From Pavona decussata (taxonomy: Eukaryota): DNA of 64,000 bases. How positions within the stretch are numbered: the stretch's first letter is position 1; each line of letters begins with the position of its first letter. This document shows positions 25,380-38,618 of this stretch, in pieces. The stretch covers positions 310,001-374,000 of the forward strand of contig CDRNST010000308.1 of the NCBI GenBank assembly GCA_977016875.1, written 5' to 3'. The translations under genes and the position numbers were made by a program. Under the pieces are notes generated by a model. It searched no databases. It was not told the DNA's origin and saw nothing but the letters and a program-made list of their open reading frames with translations.

Positions 25380-27293
25380 TAGTTGTTGTAATGAGAAATT
25401 AGATGCTGATATTATTGGGGTTTAAAGGGTTACAGGTCAGCCTAAAATGTAACGTACCTAAGAGAACTAGAAGCTTTTTATGACCATGCTGTTGAAGCGT
25501 TCCGATATTAAAGGAGAAGGTTGGCTTCCAAGTGAAATTCACTGCAAGACAAACCGCAAATAACTTTAGTGCTGATGTTTTGCAAGTTTTGTGGATACTC
25601 GTTTTACAGCTTACATGAAACGTTTTGCACTTTTTCCATTAGACTTTTAAAAGGACACCGTGTAGGAATTGGTAAAGGGAATGGCGGATGTTTTATCTCG
25701 TCAGAGGCTCGCTGCTGATTGATACTTTCGTCTTCTGTTTTAACCAAGAAACTGAAAAGTATTTTTCTGAACTGCTTCATTTTACAGCAAAAATCTGGCT
25801 AAAATCTTTTCTTTCATTACCGATGTCTTGTTCTTTTGCAGACAGCTGTTTGCGCCCTCTTAATATCCCATCTATGCGCGTGCTATTTCAATAGAAGTGA
25901 ATTATCGGTAGCTTTCGTTGACTTTCAATTAAAAATAATTTGCAGCGGAGGAAAATTCTTCATTTTTTAAACTGATTCAGCTTTGGGTTTTACGATAAAT
26001 GGTAAATGTTCGTTTCTTGTGCCATCAGCCTTACAAAACGTAAAATTTGAATGTACGGTTCGAAAACTCAACGTAAACTCTCTTCAAACAAAAATTAAAA
26101 GAAGAAATCTTTTTAATTACTACCCAGATTAAGCTTGCCTTGGACGTGTTTCATCACAACTAACTTAATGTTGAATACAATTTAATTTGAAATACCTTTC
26201 GTTAAACAGCCGATCGCATGTAGATGACATCCTTTCAATGTGATTCAAAAGTTTTAAAATTTCGCTATCGTATTTTTCCTTCGTATTTGTATACAAGTTG
26301 AAAAGAAGAGGAGAAGAAAGAAAAAAAACAAACAAAAAACATTTAAGGATTTTAAAACTACATTAGTTGCAAAGTGATTAAAAAAAATTATACTGATATT
26401 ACTACCCCCTTGATGGTGGAAGTAAGAATAGTATTCGTGATCTTGCACTGCAAGGAGACAGACACAGAACAGATAAGAAACTTGTACATCAAACGAGCAG
26501 TTAAAACCATGGTCGTGGTTTCCTTGATGTTTGCTGTAAACACGAGGTGAGATGTAATCCTCCTATTGAAAAGTCCTCATACCAAAATGGACAGCTGCAA
26601 AACTAGCTTGCCATTGAGAGACTTTAACCAAACCAAGTTAGAGAACCCAACATTAGATTCACGAGTCCGACGTTTCGACGACTCGAGACGTCGGATTTAC
26701 TTATCGCAAATGAAAATGTTTGCCAACATCTCCAGTTATTAGATGATTAATTATGGTTTCCCTTTTTGCCCATAGAACGCATAGATTGAGCCGATAGTAA
26801 TGAAATCAATTTGTAGTAGTATATATTAGTACAGTACTAACACTCTTGAATCTTGGCCTTAGTGATACAAAAGTATCAAATTTGCTATCGCCAGCCTGAA
26901 AATTGACCAATGCTATACTTTTAATTTCGTATTTATCTCAGCTTGTGTAAAACATAACTTTTTTTCAATACTTCTTTGAGTAGTGTTCCTATAGGAAATA
27001 CATTAATTGTTTATATTTGAAAACTGCTGTTGATTTAGCATTTTAAATCAGCTATAAAGAAAAACACTTTGCAGTTTACGCATGCTAAGCGTGGCAAACA
27101 ATGCTTGCTGTGTGTGGTTTGCGTGGTTAGTGAGTTTAATCATCGCAAAAGTTTCATTTATTTTTTCTCTGGTAAACAAAACATAATCTCTGTATGTTGT
27201 ACAAAGCCGTAGTGACTCGTTACGTAACAACGTTTTTAAATTCAACCTTTTCATTTTACTTGCAGGTGGTTTCGCCACCTCCTTCACAGTAAA

Positions 27294-30200
27294 ATGGGAT
27301 GTGGGTCATCAGCGAGTCGCAAGAGTCAAGACAAAATCGCCTTAATTCAGCTCTCCGCTGCCCAAAAGTACCTGGTGCGCGAAACATGGGAGATAGTTGA
27401 TCTTCATAAGAATTCTGTGGGAAAGAAAACTTTTATGAAGTAAGTACATAAAGCTTGTTTTTATCTGCGTCATTATAATCACAACATGGTTTCCTTTGCG
27501 TTTTTTTAATGTTTGTAAAGTAACCACTTGAACAAATTCATTTTATGTCTCCAATAGACCAAAACCATCAAACGCGTAAGGTGGAGTTTGTGATCTTCAT
27601 TGAAATATTGAGAGTATAAAGAAAGATTGTGGCGTAGAAGCCCCTTGTTTGTAATTCTGTCAGTAATTTGCATATTCAGAATAAACTGCTCAGGATTACA
27701 ATTTTCCCTAAATACGAACACACTGCAAAATTTGTTCTAAGCCATTTTCCCCTGAGGTCTGTGTTAGTAATAACTATCTAGCGTCATGGATACTGATTTA
27801 CAGATTTAAGTTTCATTATTTCGTCGGATTCCATCTCCAAGCAGTGTAAAATGGTGTATGCTAAGTAGAACGAGCATACAGTTTTTTAAAACAATAACGA
27901 AAAAACTGTGATTTGAGCAATCACAGCTGCCAAAACTATAAACTACACTTTTTTAACTTCTGATTATTTTATTTATAACTGAATACCAGATGAAAAATTA
28001 ACCTACACTGTACTGCTCTGCAAAAAAAATATGCGCGTAGAGTCATCGCATTTGAAAAAATAGAAAGGGAAGTCTAGTTGTAAGTCTCTAATGTTAACGG
28101 AAAATGCGTTACATTGTGAATCAAACAAAGCTGACGAAAATGATTCTCAGGCAAAACAAATAACTTATATATATCCCTTAACAGATATGCTTAAAAAGTC
28201 ATTAACTTACCGTAATCGTTTTGGAAAAAACGATTTTCTTTGTTGGAGATGCGAAACGTTAGAATGAACTGCGTTCACTGCTTAAATAACTCTTAACTTT
28301 ACATTGGGTGGGTTATTTAATGCGTTTATTTCCATATGATAATTTATCTAATTTCAACATTTTCTCATCATCAAGGCCGAAAATCGTTTTTAATTCACTC
28401 AGTAAATATTAAGAAGAAATGTTCTGAATAATTAATGTCCTTACTTCTTTGTTTCGTTATGGTAGCTCGAAGTATGTAATTACAGTAACTTTAGAAAGAA
28501 ATTAAAAAATTTTAGATGACTGTTTGTCAACTAAAATGCAATTAAAGGCCTCAATTCCAAATCAGAAACGTCTCTAGTTTTAAGCTGTTAAGCAAGACGT
28601 TACAACCCAAGAGTAATATTCAAAAATAACGTAAAAATCTCCACTACAGGGGGAAATACTCAAATAATACTCAAATATAAATACTCAAATATAAATAAAT
28701 ACTCAAATTTCCGTTATCTTGAATCAATTTCCCTGCTGGTGCCATTCAGGTTACTGATTTAGAATTCGCAAAATAATAGTTTGCACAACACTGATTGGTG
28801 AAACGGGTAAAATATTTCTGCTATTTGTTGACGATTTCTTTCCAAACCAAATTTTGGCAACCATACATTTTGCGCAAAAATAACGAAAACCGTTCATTTT
28901 TAATAAAGAAAATTAATATGCAGAGCTTTTTTATATTAAACTGTCACAACTGTCGCCAAAAACGCAAAGAGTAAAACATGAGAACAAAAGCTAAACCTTA
29001 ACAATGAAACAGTTAGTAAATAGTATTTTATTAAAGTTAACACGCCCTCTTATGAAGTAAACCTTGATTCACGCCAAGGGTTGATAGCGGGAAGTACGCG
29101 TATAATTTGTAAAAAGCAAATCAAAGCAATAACGTTTTGTATAAAAAGATCGGCCGGGAAAATTATTCAAACAATGTATAAATTAAGCTGAAATGTCGCA
29201 TTAAAATACTCAATTTTAGGTCGTATATTCCCTTATGCAGAGATATTTTATTTTTTCGAGGATATTAACAATGACAAGTTTCGCATTATTACAGCAGTTA
29301 CCAGTAACACGTGACCAATCTCCTTCAAAAGAGTCTGAAAAAGTTGCGTTTTGGTCGACATCAAGCAAACAAAAGCCGTTGAAATTGTTTTGAATTCTGA
29401 CAATATTTCAAGGCAACAGAAAAGAGAAATTGACAGTTTTATCCGATGACAGATGGTAAACTTTATCAAAGTTGATTTCCAAGCCAGTTTATGTGAAACA
29501 AAGGGCATCATTTAGAGGATAAAATCAGCGATGTGTGCGAGTTAGCAAGTTATCACGTGCAGTGACATTTTAAATTTTTAATTCAAAACTACCCTTTTCT
29601 TTTCGCATGATCTGACTCGGAAATCAATTTAAATAAGGTTTTACGTTCTTTCTTATGAGGTAAATTTCTCAGTTTCTTGCACGGTTGCCTTGAAACCTTG
29701 TCAGAATTCAAAATAATTTCCACTTGTTTTCTTTGATTGACGTTCATCATAACGGAACTTTCTCCGACTATTTTGGAGGTGGTAGGTCGAGTGCTTTTGG
29801 TAATAATAATAAACCCAGCACCAGCACAGCCAGCGGTTGCAACACAATGCGCTATTTGTGTTCCCATGTGAAAGTGAGTTCTAGCAGAGCGTTTTTAAAG
29901 CAAATATCAGGATTACTTTTCAATAGTTTTTTCTTTTGATAATCAGCAGCTGTTGAATTGTTTTCACCACACCCATTACAAAGCCTCGGATTCATACCCG
30001 GTTACGCATTGAAACTGGGAATACGTTTCGGCCAAATGGTTGGGATTTCGGGCATAATTCGACCAAAAATTTCCAAATATCTAATTACTGTTTACTCCCC
30101 GAACTTGCAAAAAACATCTTCAGCTAAACAACAATAGAACACGGCGTGCACTTTGAGTGCAGAACTTGATTTAGCCCCGTGTAATGTTGCTTCTAAAACG

Positions 30201-30675
30201 CTAATTAATTTCAAATGCCATGCAATCGTGAAGTTAGGTAGATCCAACCTTTGAGTCGCTAAACATAACACTCTTGTGTTATCGTCCAGATGAAAACTGT
30301 TTAGCAATGGTGTTGTAGGTGTTTTTTATCTTTAGCAAAAACAAATGATAGCTATGATGTGAACGTTTTCCGCTCATGCAGCCCCAATAGGAAAAATACA
30401 TATTCTGCGATGTTCAGGGATAGCCTCACATCCAGGTCTGTGAAAATTTTGCATCACTGATACATGAAAGAATTCACGAAAGAGACTCAGCTGGAGTGAG
30501 AGTGTGAGAATTTTGGATTTAACAGCTGTAAAGGATACGTGGTTTGAAATGCTACAGTAAAGAAAAAATGAGGTATTAAACACAGCAAAAAGAAAAATGG
30601 CAATGATAATATTGAGGAAATTCGTAGCTGTTTTGACCTGTTTTCTACTAATCTTAGTTTACTGATAAAATGAAA

Positions 30676-30708
<33 letters not shown>

Positions 30709-33164
30709 TTATAAACTTACTATAGCCTTTTAATATAAAAATGTTCAAAAGCGCTTTAAAAAAACATTAGTAAATAGACTAGATAAAAACGAAACAAAAA
30801 TTCCTAGGCTTCTTTGAAACTTTGAAAGTAAACAAAAGAAATATTAAAAACTACTAAAAACTAGCTAAAAGCTAACCTAAAAAGATAAGCTTTTATATAT
30901 TTCTTAAAAGCGCCAAGTGGTTCTATCTCACGGATATGCGCGGGAAGGCTGTTCCACAGCCTAGGTGCGCCAGCGTAAAAAGAACAAGCGCCCAAAGTTG
31001 TGAGCATGTAATGTAGAGGTCTTCACCGTCATCCGTTCGCTAAGCACGCTCTTTTTCTTTTTCTTTTTCAAACCTTCCCAAATAATTTTCTCTTCCATCG
31101 TAAGCAGTGCCCAACTCGAAAGTAGCATGCTCCTTTGGGCACTGCTCACACTAAACCAAACAAATTTATCCTAATTCTTTTTAATCCTCCTTGTAATATA
31201 AATGTTTATTTTTTTTATGTATTGTATTGAATCTCGTTGTACGTGTGAAAAATGAAATTGAATTGAATTGAATTGTATGCGCCAGGCCCCTCTGGACGAT
31301 CTAAAAATATTGTATAATTCGATTGCAATGAATATGCAGAACAGGACCTAATGCTGACTTAAAAGTGATAATTGATATTTTAAAATTGTGTGTAGGATGC
31401 TGACGCACGTGCCAGCTGTGTAAATTTGCACAATTCCTGATTAATACGAGGCAAAGCCAGCTTGATGAGTCATTATAGTATTTTTAGGTAAGGCCAATAA
31501 AAGTTAATGGACCCGATACCTAACTTCTCTAAAAAATTCAGAAGGTGATTCCAATGCCACAGGTTCGTGAAAGCTTGTAAATAGCCGCCCACTTTCTTCC
31601 AAAAAACCCTTTGCCCTTCCCTTCAAGTTTTAAGTTCTAGTCAGAGTTTCTATAGAAGAGACAGTCTCCATTTAAAAAGGAACAATTTACAATATTGCAT
31701 TTTGTCCACTGTTTATAGATTCTTTGAAACCAATCCAGAATACCAGCGACTATTTCCAGAGTTTAAAGATGTACCTCCCTCGGAGCTGGAAAAAACGAAC
31801 GCCTTATATGGGCATGCTAAGAGAGTAATGAAAGCTGTAGAAAATGCGGTGTCTGCTTTGGATGACGCGGAGAGTTTTGGCGCGTATTTAGAAGAGCTGG
31901 GGCGGAGGCATAAAACTCGAGCCTTGAAACCAATCTACCTTGATGTAAGTCCAAAAAGCAAACACACCTTAACATTTGCTTTCAACTACTATTTTGTGGA
32001 CTCCATCGTGTCTAGATCTTATTTGAAGAAATGTTTTACAATCCAATTCAATCGTCAATATGGCTACGTTAAAGGAAACCTCCACTACAATACAATACTT
32101 TATTCATTCTCCCCGAGGGGTTTTTCAGAATAAATTAATAATCCACTCTTGAAAAAAATCAACCTGAAATTGTTGAAAAAGCAATCTAGTTACAAATTTC
32201 GTTGGAAAACATGGAAATAATTTTTCTGTATCGGACAAAACAGGATTTGATTATCGCCCATTTTCCCTTTAAATTTCCCGGGCGTCACAATCTTGGATAA
32301 CGTAATACGGTTGCTCAATTGTTTCACTCAAGACAACTTCTGCTTACTGACAATAGCGGCAACCGTATGACGTCATTAAAACAAAAATGGCGACGCCCGG
32401 GAAATTTAAAAGCGAAAATAGGGGATAATCATACCTAATTTTTAATATACTTGAATGTTATTCCTACTTTTGAAGCTAAAATTTTAGAATTTAGACGCTA
32501 TTTGCAACAATCTAATTTAATTTAATTTGCTGTCGGAATGGAGGTTCCTTTAAGGCCAAAGATAAAGCCCAAACTGTAACTTGTGTCTTCAGCTCCGAGA
32601 CCAACATGCACATTCTTCTCACTGTTCTCTAGAATTTTCTTGTGGTTCTAGTTAGGAGAATTTGTTTAAACATCAAGCTTTGGCGATGACGTCCATTAGT
32701 CCTATTACAGTTAATTCCATTCACAAACATCAGGCCATAAAGTTGGTCATATTACAAATGAGTGCTTAAATAGACGGGGTTTTAAGTGAGAAAAAGGCTG
32801 CACGTATGACGAGGTTGGTTGTTAATCAGCAAACTCTACTCCAAAATGCGAGGTGAATCCTACTCTCCAGTCTCCCTCTCTCCACCGAAAAATGCCAGAT
32901 CAACCGGTAGATAGCAAATATAACTTCTGTTTCAGTCGACAAATTGTGAGGTGTACTTTCCTCTCCGCTCCTCCACACAAACAACGAAACATACTAGATA
33001 ACGGTTTAATATTAAATACTATTTATTTCCAGTCCATGCAAACCGCTTTGATGTCCACTCTTGAAGACTTGCTTAAGTCAAGCTGGACCCAGGAGACCGC
33101 GGAGGCCTGGAACAAGCTGTTTGAGTTTGTCAAAGATAAGATGATTCTTGGCCTGCAGTCATAG
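27294..33164 (+). CDS. Globin 4, N-acylated globin X/neuroglobin-like, 167 aa; exons 27294-27439, 31719-31944, 33033-33164
   Basis: MGCGSSASRKSQ...VRETWEIVDLHKNSVGKKTFMK|FFETNPEYQRLFPEFKD...ALYGHAKRVM...LGRRHKTRALKPIYLD|SMQTALMSTLEDLLKSSWTQETAEAWNKLFEFVKDKMILGLQS*. Canonical splice sites. Confidence 0.95.
30676..30995 (-). mobile_element. L2-like LINE 3' end with (TTA)n tail, in globin 4 intron 1
   Basis: APRLWNSLPAHIREIEPLGAFKKYIKAYLF on the minus strand, followed by 3' UTR and a microsatellite tail. Confidence 0.7.
32073..32549. mobile_element. Kolobok-like MITE in globin 4 intron 2
   Basis: TTAA|AGGAAACCTCCA ... TGGAGGTTCCT|TTAA, with an internal inverted repeat at ~32249-32430. Confidence 0.8.
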
Positions 33165-34362
33165 TGAAGCAAAACTTGTACTGGATAAAGATTGTGCCGG
33201 CACAAGTTTGGCTATTAAAGGAGCTATACTTAACATTTGCTGTTCGAATGAATTTCCATCATAAGCATTTTGATTTTCATCATGTTATTAACTAGAGTTA
33301 TTAACTAGGGATCATTGTTCGTTTTGCTAGCCTTTTTTTATGACTATAGTGTGTACTATCAATGACTTGACGAGACTAATATTTTATGAACATGTTTGCT
33401 TTATTCCTGTTATGTATAATTACCGCGCGTTGTACGTATATGTTTTTTAGTCGCTGTACTCAGACAGTAATATCACTGCTGTCGTCAAAAAGTTGTAAGC
33501 GCACGTAATGGCGTGACGGCCTAAAGCCTGTTATTTTTCTTATTATAAGGAGTTTTTCTGTAAATGATGTTAAAATTAGTGGGTCACACAACTTATTTGC
33601 TGCCAACAAATTTTTTGGTTGAATTATCGAATTAGCGTCAATGCCTTTGGTGCATTACCGAGCTACAGGATAGCTTGTTGTAAATACAAGTTTCAAATAA
33701 AGTGTTCAACACTCGCTGTTTAGAGAACGGTGAGTAGTGATATACTTTTTACAAAATATAAAATATATGCACAAATAAAAAACTTCCGTGACGCTGATCT
33801 GCGGTTGTTTCGGTATACAAACTACTGTTTGGTGGCTTTCTCTCTACCGTCGCCATACGAGGTTGCATAAGTGACTTGCGGTCCCATTTAGTAATAAGCC
33901 ACCAATACTCTGGTGATTAGCTTTCCTTTTTCTACACCCATTCAAGATGGTGAAAATTTTCTAAACTTACTCTGTCGAGATCCTACCTTATTATTGGCAA
34001 AGGGACTGCTAATAGTAAAAAAACAAGGAAAAGAACAGCAAAAGTGAGATTACTAATATAAAGTTAACCTTGCCTCAAAGACTTTGATGACGTTCCCTGA
34101 TAGGTTCTCATATATTGGCACGAAATCGGTTCACATTAAGAGAGGGTGCTTGATGCATGCACACTCTGTAATTTGGAGCCAAATTTCCTTCTACTACATC
34201 TCAATTTTGAAACGCGAAAAAACTCTTTCCAAAGTTCCAGACTATAGTACTTTGAAATACAAACAATGCTGTTGACTTTTTAATTAGTGGCTTCCCTAAG
34301 ACTTTTACCTTATTAAGACTAAGAGATTAGCCACATGCCATGAATTTCACTCACAACTTGGC

Positions 34363-37300
34363 TTAAGTGTCTTGCAGGCCTATTTTTATTGCTACAAACA
34401 TAAATTGGAATAAAGCACTCCAGGCTTCAAATGTTTCTGTTGTCCACTTTGACTGAAAGAGTTCCTTTAATGACGTCATCAGTGCTTCGTGTATCACCTA
34501 AGGTTGAGAAACAAGAATATTAAATGGCTGACTGAACAAAAGAACGAACGAAAGAAAGAAATGAACAAAGGGAAGAAAGGATGAATATATGGCTGAAGGG
34601 ATGGATGGTTTAAGAAAAAAAGAATATGAAAAATAAAAATAATGAAAGACCTAAGGGAAGGAATGAACGGATGAATGAAAAAATGAACGAGCGACCGAAC
34701 GAATGAATGAAAGAATTGATGAACGAACGAAGAAAGGAATGAATGAATACATAAATGTATGAATGTACGAGNNNNNNNNNNNNNNNNNNNNNNNNNNNNN
34801 NNNNNNNNNNNNNNNNNNNNNNNNNNNNNNNNNNNNNNNNNNNNNNNNNNNNNNNNNNNNNNNNNNNNNNNNNNNNNNNNNNNNNNNNNNNNNNNNNNNN
34901 NNNNNNNNNNNNNNNNNNNNNNNNNNNNNNNNNNNNNNNNNNNNNNNNNNNNNNNNNNNNNNNNNNNNNNNNNNNNNNNNNNNNNNNNNNNNNNNNNNNN
35001 NNNNNNNNNNNNNNNNNNNNNNNNNNNNNNNNNNNNNNNNNNNNNNNNNNNNNNNNNNNNNNNNNNNNNNNNAATGAACGAATGGACCAGTGAATGAAAG
35101 AACGAACGAACGAAAATTGAGAGCAGGGGATCAGGTTCCGTTTATACAAGATCCACTCTGATTCACTCTCAAGAAAGAGTCACTTATTAGACAGCGAAAT
35201 GCTCACTCACACCTTGCAGAATGCAGCGGTTTTCTGTCCTCTAAAGCAATTTTTTTTCGAAATCTTGACGCACCGCACTCTTAGACAAGTCGGTGCTCTT
35301 AGCATTGTTAACTTCATCTCAAGTAAAATTTGATCTCACCTAATAATCGTTGCAATTTGACAGCAAACAATACCTCCTCCAGATTTTACGACAATGTAGT
35401 CACCGACACAACACTCACCTCCAAGTACTGAGCTTTAAGTGGTCTGACCTGATGTCTTCGTCCAAGTTCCACCAGGTAACTAACAAAGCTTTCACTGTCA
35501 TCCAAGGAAAGTACTGCGTTTTCAATACACTTCATGAGTATCTTACTATGGCCGGACAGCGTCCGCGTTGATTTGAGCTGCTCAATGTCAACCTTCCCAG
35601 GAAACATGTGCATCAACTCGGGTCTTGCTTCAAAAACTCTGTAGAGAAAGATGAAGTGTATACTAAATTAGTGAAATGAGTCTCGCTATGTTTACAGCAC
35701 GAGAATGAATCTTTATTCCTAATCAGTCATGTAAGCCTGCTTTCTCGTGACATCTTTTATAACAGCTCCAGAACTGCGGGGGCGGATTTTTTTTGGGAGG
35801 GGGGGGGGGATGGAGAAGGGTGGAGGGGCCCGCCCCCTTTTGTATATCTAAAAAGTTTTTGTAATCGTCTTTCGAATGGTGTTATGAAATCAATCATTTT
35901 TAAAAATCCTCTTGCACTCTTGCCACAGTTTCGTCGGCTCCCTCTTTATGGATTTTCTGGATTGAAGTGTAACTGTTGAGAGCAAACAATTAGGGAGGAA
36001 GACAAGCGTCTACTTTTTCACGAGAACGTAATCAAATTACAACTTTATAGGTGTTTTTCACACGTAATAATAACCATTGCCAATCATAGTTTCGTTACAA
36101 CAAAGGCTCTGTTACTTCTCGGAGTTTTCAGAGGAATCGGGCAGTATTCTGCCAAAGCAGTAAAAAAAAAAACTTTGTCAGAGGTTGCAACTACGCGAGC
36201 CAGTTTCTTTGAAAATTTGTTTCAAATATTTTGACTTGTTCGTCTGCGATAGGCCAACTAGTTGTTAAAAGGTGAACCGGGTTTTTTCTATATATCTAAA
36301 AGAGAAAACTTGTTAAAGGAAAACTTGGCCGATATTACCATACACACCAGAACATAAATCTTGCAGATTTTTATAACTAGCTGCCTGTTTAGAATTCTCA
36401 CATGTAACACGGCCTTTTATCGAATGCATGGAGCGGCAGTTGTGTTTAAGTGCGAAACTGCTCGGCGGAGAGACCGACTACATTTGATCTTCAGATCTGC
36501 AAGCAAAATCTGTTTTATTCTATAAATATTCCATTACATTTTTAATAAATAAAAATAAATAAACTATTGCAGTTTACAAGAAGGATGCTATTACTAATAT
36601 ATTCAATGGTTACTGTACGCGTTAAGGAGATTTTAGCCTTTCAGGTGAGAGACAGTCTGGCTGCACTCTCTTACATTATTTTACGTCAGGTAACTCAAAT
36701 GCATCAGCACAGCATTTTCAGAGTAAATTTCACTGACATTTTTTTGTAGCGAGTTCAACGTTTTTGTTTGTCAGAACTCCCCCTTGGGGGTACTCTTCGT
36801 AATTTTTGCTGGGGGTGAGCGACCGGTTCTCCAAACCCTGATTCTATTTCAGACCAAAACATGTATAAATTTTGCGATAGCCTTTTTCAGACCCGACCTC
36901 TCAAACTCGTACCCATTTTTAAACCTGGTTTGCATAATCCATAGCTGCAGTTTCTGTTAAATCCATAACCGTTTTCAGACTCAAAAATCATACATACCCT
37001 TAGGGGTCGCACGTACCTATTTAGGTTATATGGGAGAACATCCCCCCGCCATCTTGGGCATCAGACATGCAGATATTAAACTTGAGATCTCCGAGATTTA
37101 CTTGATGGGATTTCCAAATTATAGACATTTTTAGTAACAACGAGGTTGTAAAAGTATGCTCGTGACATTTCCTTGAAATTCAAATATTCGAAAATGTTCT
37201 TGATTTAGGACGACAAAAATCAATTGAATCTTGTCTGTCAGCAAACGTCACTCAAAACTCCAACCAACTGGCCAGTAATAGGTTCGGGTCACGTGCAATC

Positions 37301-38618
37301 TGTAAATTATATTCTGATCCTTATAATTGTTAATAAACGCTGTCTTCACTAATCGCAATGTTTTATTTTTGGTTACATACCAAGGGTAAAGAAAGGATAA
37401 TTCCGGTCAAAATCTCAATTCAGAAGTCCTCATAAAAGTCTGATATTCGGATTTACGGACTGTAATTAAATCGCACGTTGAAGTTCCGGAAATGGAAAAT
37501 TAAGGTCCGCAAATTGTTTTATGAGAGATAAGAATAGACCAATTTCGATATTATAATATTGAAATTCATACTTGGGTACGAATCTTAGAGGAATAAAACA
37601 ACAGAAATGAGGTTTAGAGATGAATAATTAATTTCTTTTGTTTTATTCTTCTAGGCCTCGTAGTCAAACTAGAATTTTAATATATCGAGATTGGTCTATT
37701 GTCGATCTCCGTACCAAATAAGTTCAGATGGAGCTATTGGAAATTAGAATAACTATATTCATTGTTTAAAATCGTCTAACACCCAAGATGAAGAAAGTCA
37801 AAAGAACAAAAGCTACTCGATGACCAAATAAATAACGATTTTGAACGCCTTAAAACAATGAGGAGAGGATACACGAAATCTATGCATTTGATCACGTTTT
37901 GTGTAGGGTGTCTCTGATAAATGTTTCTGATAAAAAAGAGAGATGCATATTCCATTTTGAAGATGCATAAAGCATTTTTTAAACAACTTTCGTTCGACTG
38001 AGCTCTTTAGTTTATTTGTTTATTTTATTATATTTTCCGGCCGTTTTTCTCATTACTATGCAAAGAACAAAATTTTGACAAAGTAGAATATTTTGTATCA
38101 GATCAAATTAATTGAACATACGTGTTAAAACAATGGCAGATGAAAGTCAACTTTTCTGTTTACAGGTTTTCCGACTTTAGATAAATGTTTAAATTCTACA
38201 ATTAATGCAGTTGCCAAAAAAAAAAAAGCCTCAGTCGCGTATTGACCTGAATTTCAATATTTTCGGAACACGGAACACAGAGCGGTAAAGAATGCAAATT
38301 TATGCACTTTCATTAGGTAGCAGCTTTGTAAACAGTGAACTTAGTTTCAACACATTTTAAGAATTAAACTTGAGGAAGCCACTTAATCTTTCAGTTTTTG
38401 ACTTGAATTTGTAAAAGTATTGTTTCTTTTTCTTATTTTCTGCTTACTGTTTCGAATTCTTACCTTAAAAATGTTTGTTTTCCGACTGTTGTTCGATTCT
38501 CGTCGATCATGCTCCATGTTTCTTTAATTATTGTCTTGTGCGTGTCGGAAATACTGACCGGTAAATCTTGAGGACTGAACAGTTTGGCTTTCGGTTGCAT
38601 TGAAGATGTGCAACCCAT
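34363..38618 (-). CDS. Globin 5, divergent N-acylated globin, 169 aa; exons 38618-38464, 35638-35419, 34497-34363
   Basis: MGCTSSMQPKAK...IKETWSMIDENRTTVGKQTFLR|VFEARPELMHMFPGKVD...LSGHSKILM...LGRRHQVRPLKAQYLE|VIHEALMTSLKELFQSKWTTETFEAWSALFQFMFVAIKIGLQDT*. Middle exon is 220 bp; intron 2 contains the N gap. Confidence 0.93.
34772..35072. other. Assembly gap (301 N) inside a GAAT/GAAC low-complexity repeat
   Basis: N run flanked by (GAAT/GAAC)-like repeats spanning ~34530-35115. Confidence 0.99.
37533..37700. mobile_element. Small MITE in globin 5 intron 1
   Basis: AATAGACCAATTTCGATAT ... ATATCGAGATTGGTCTATT. Confidence 0.7.

Noticed and set aside
34610-35149. ORFs of 104-179 aa
   Set aside because: Artefacts of the N gap and low-complexity flanks.
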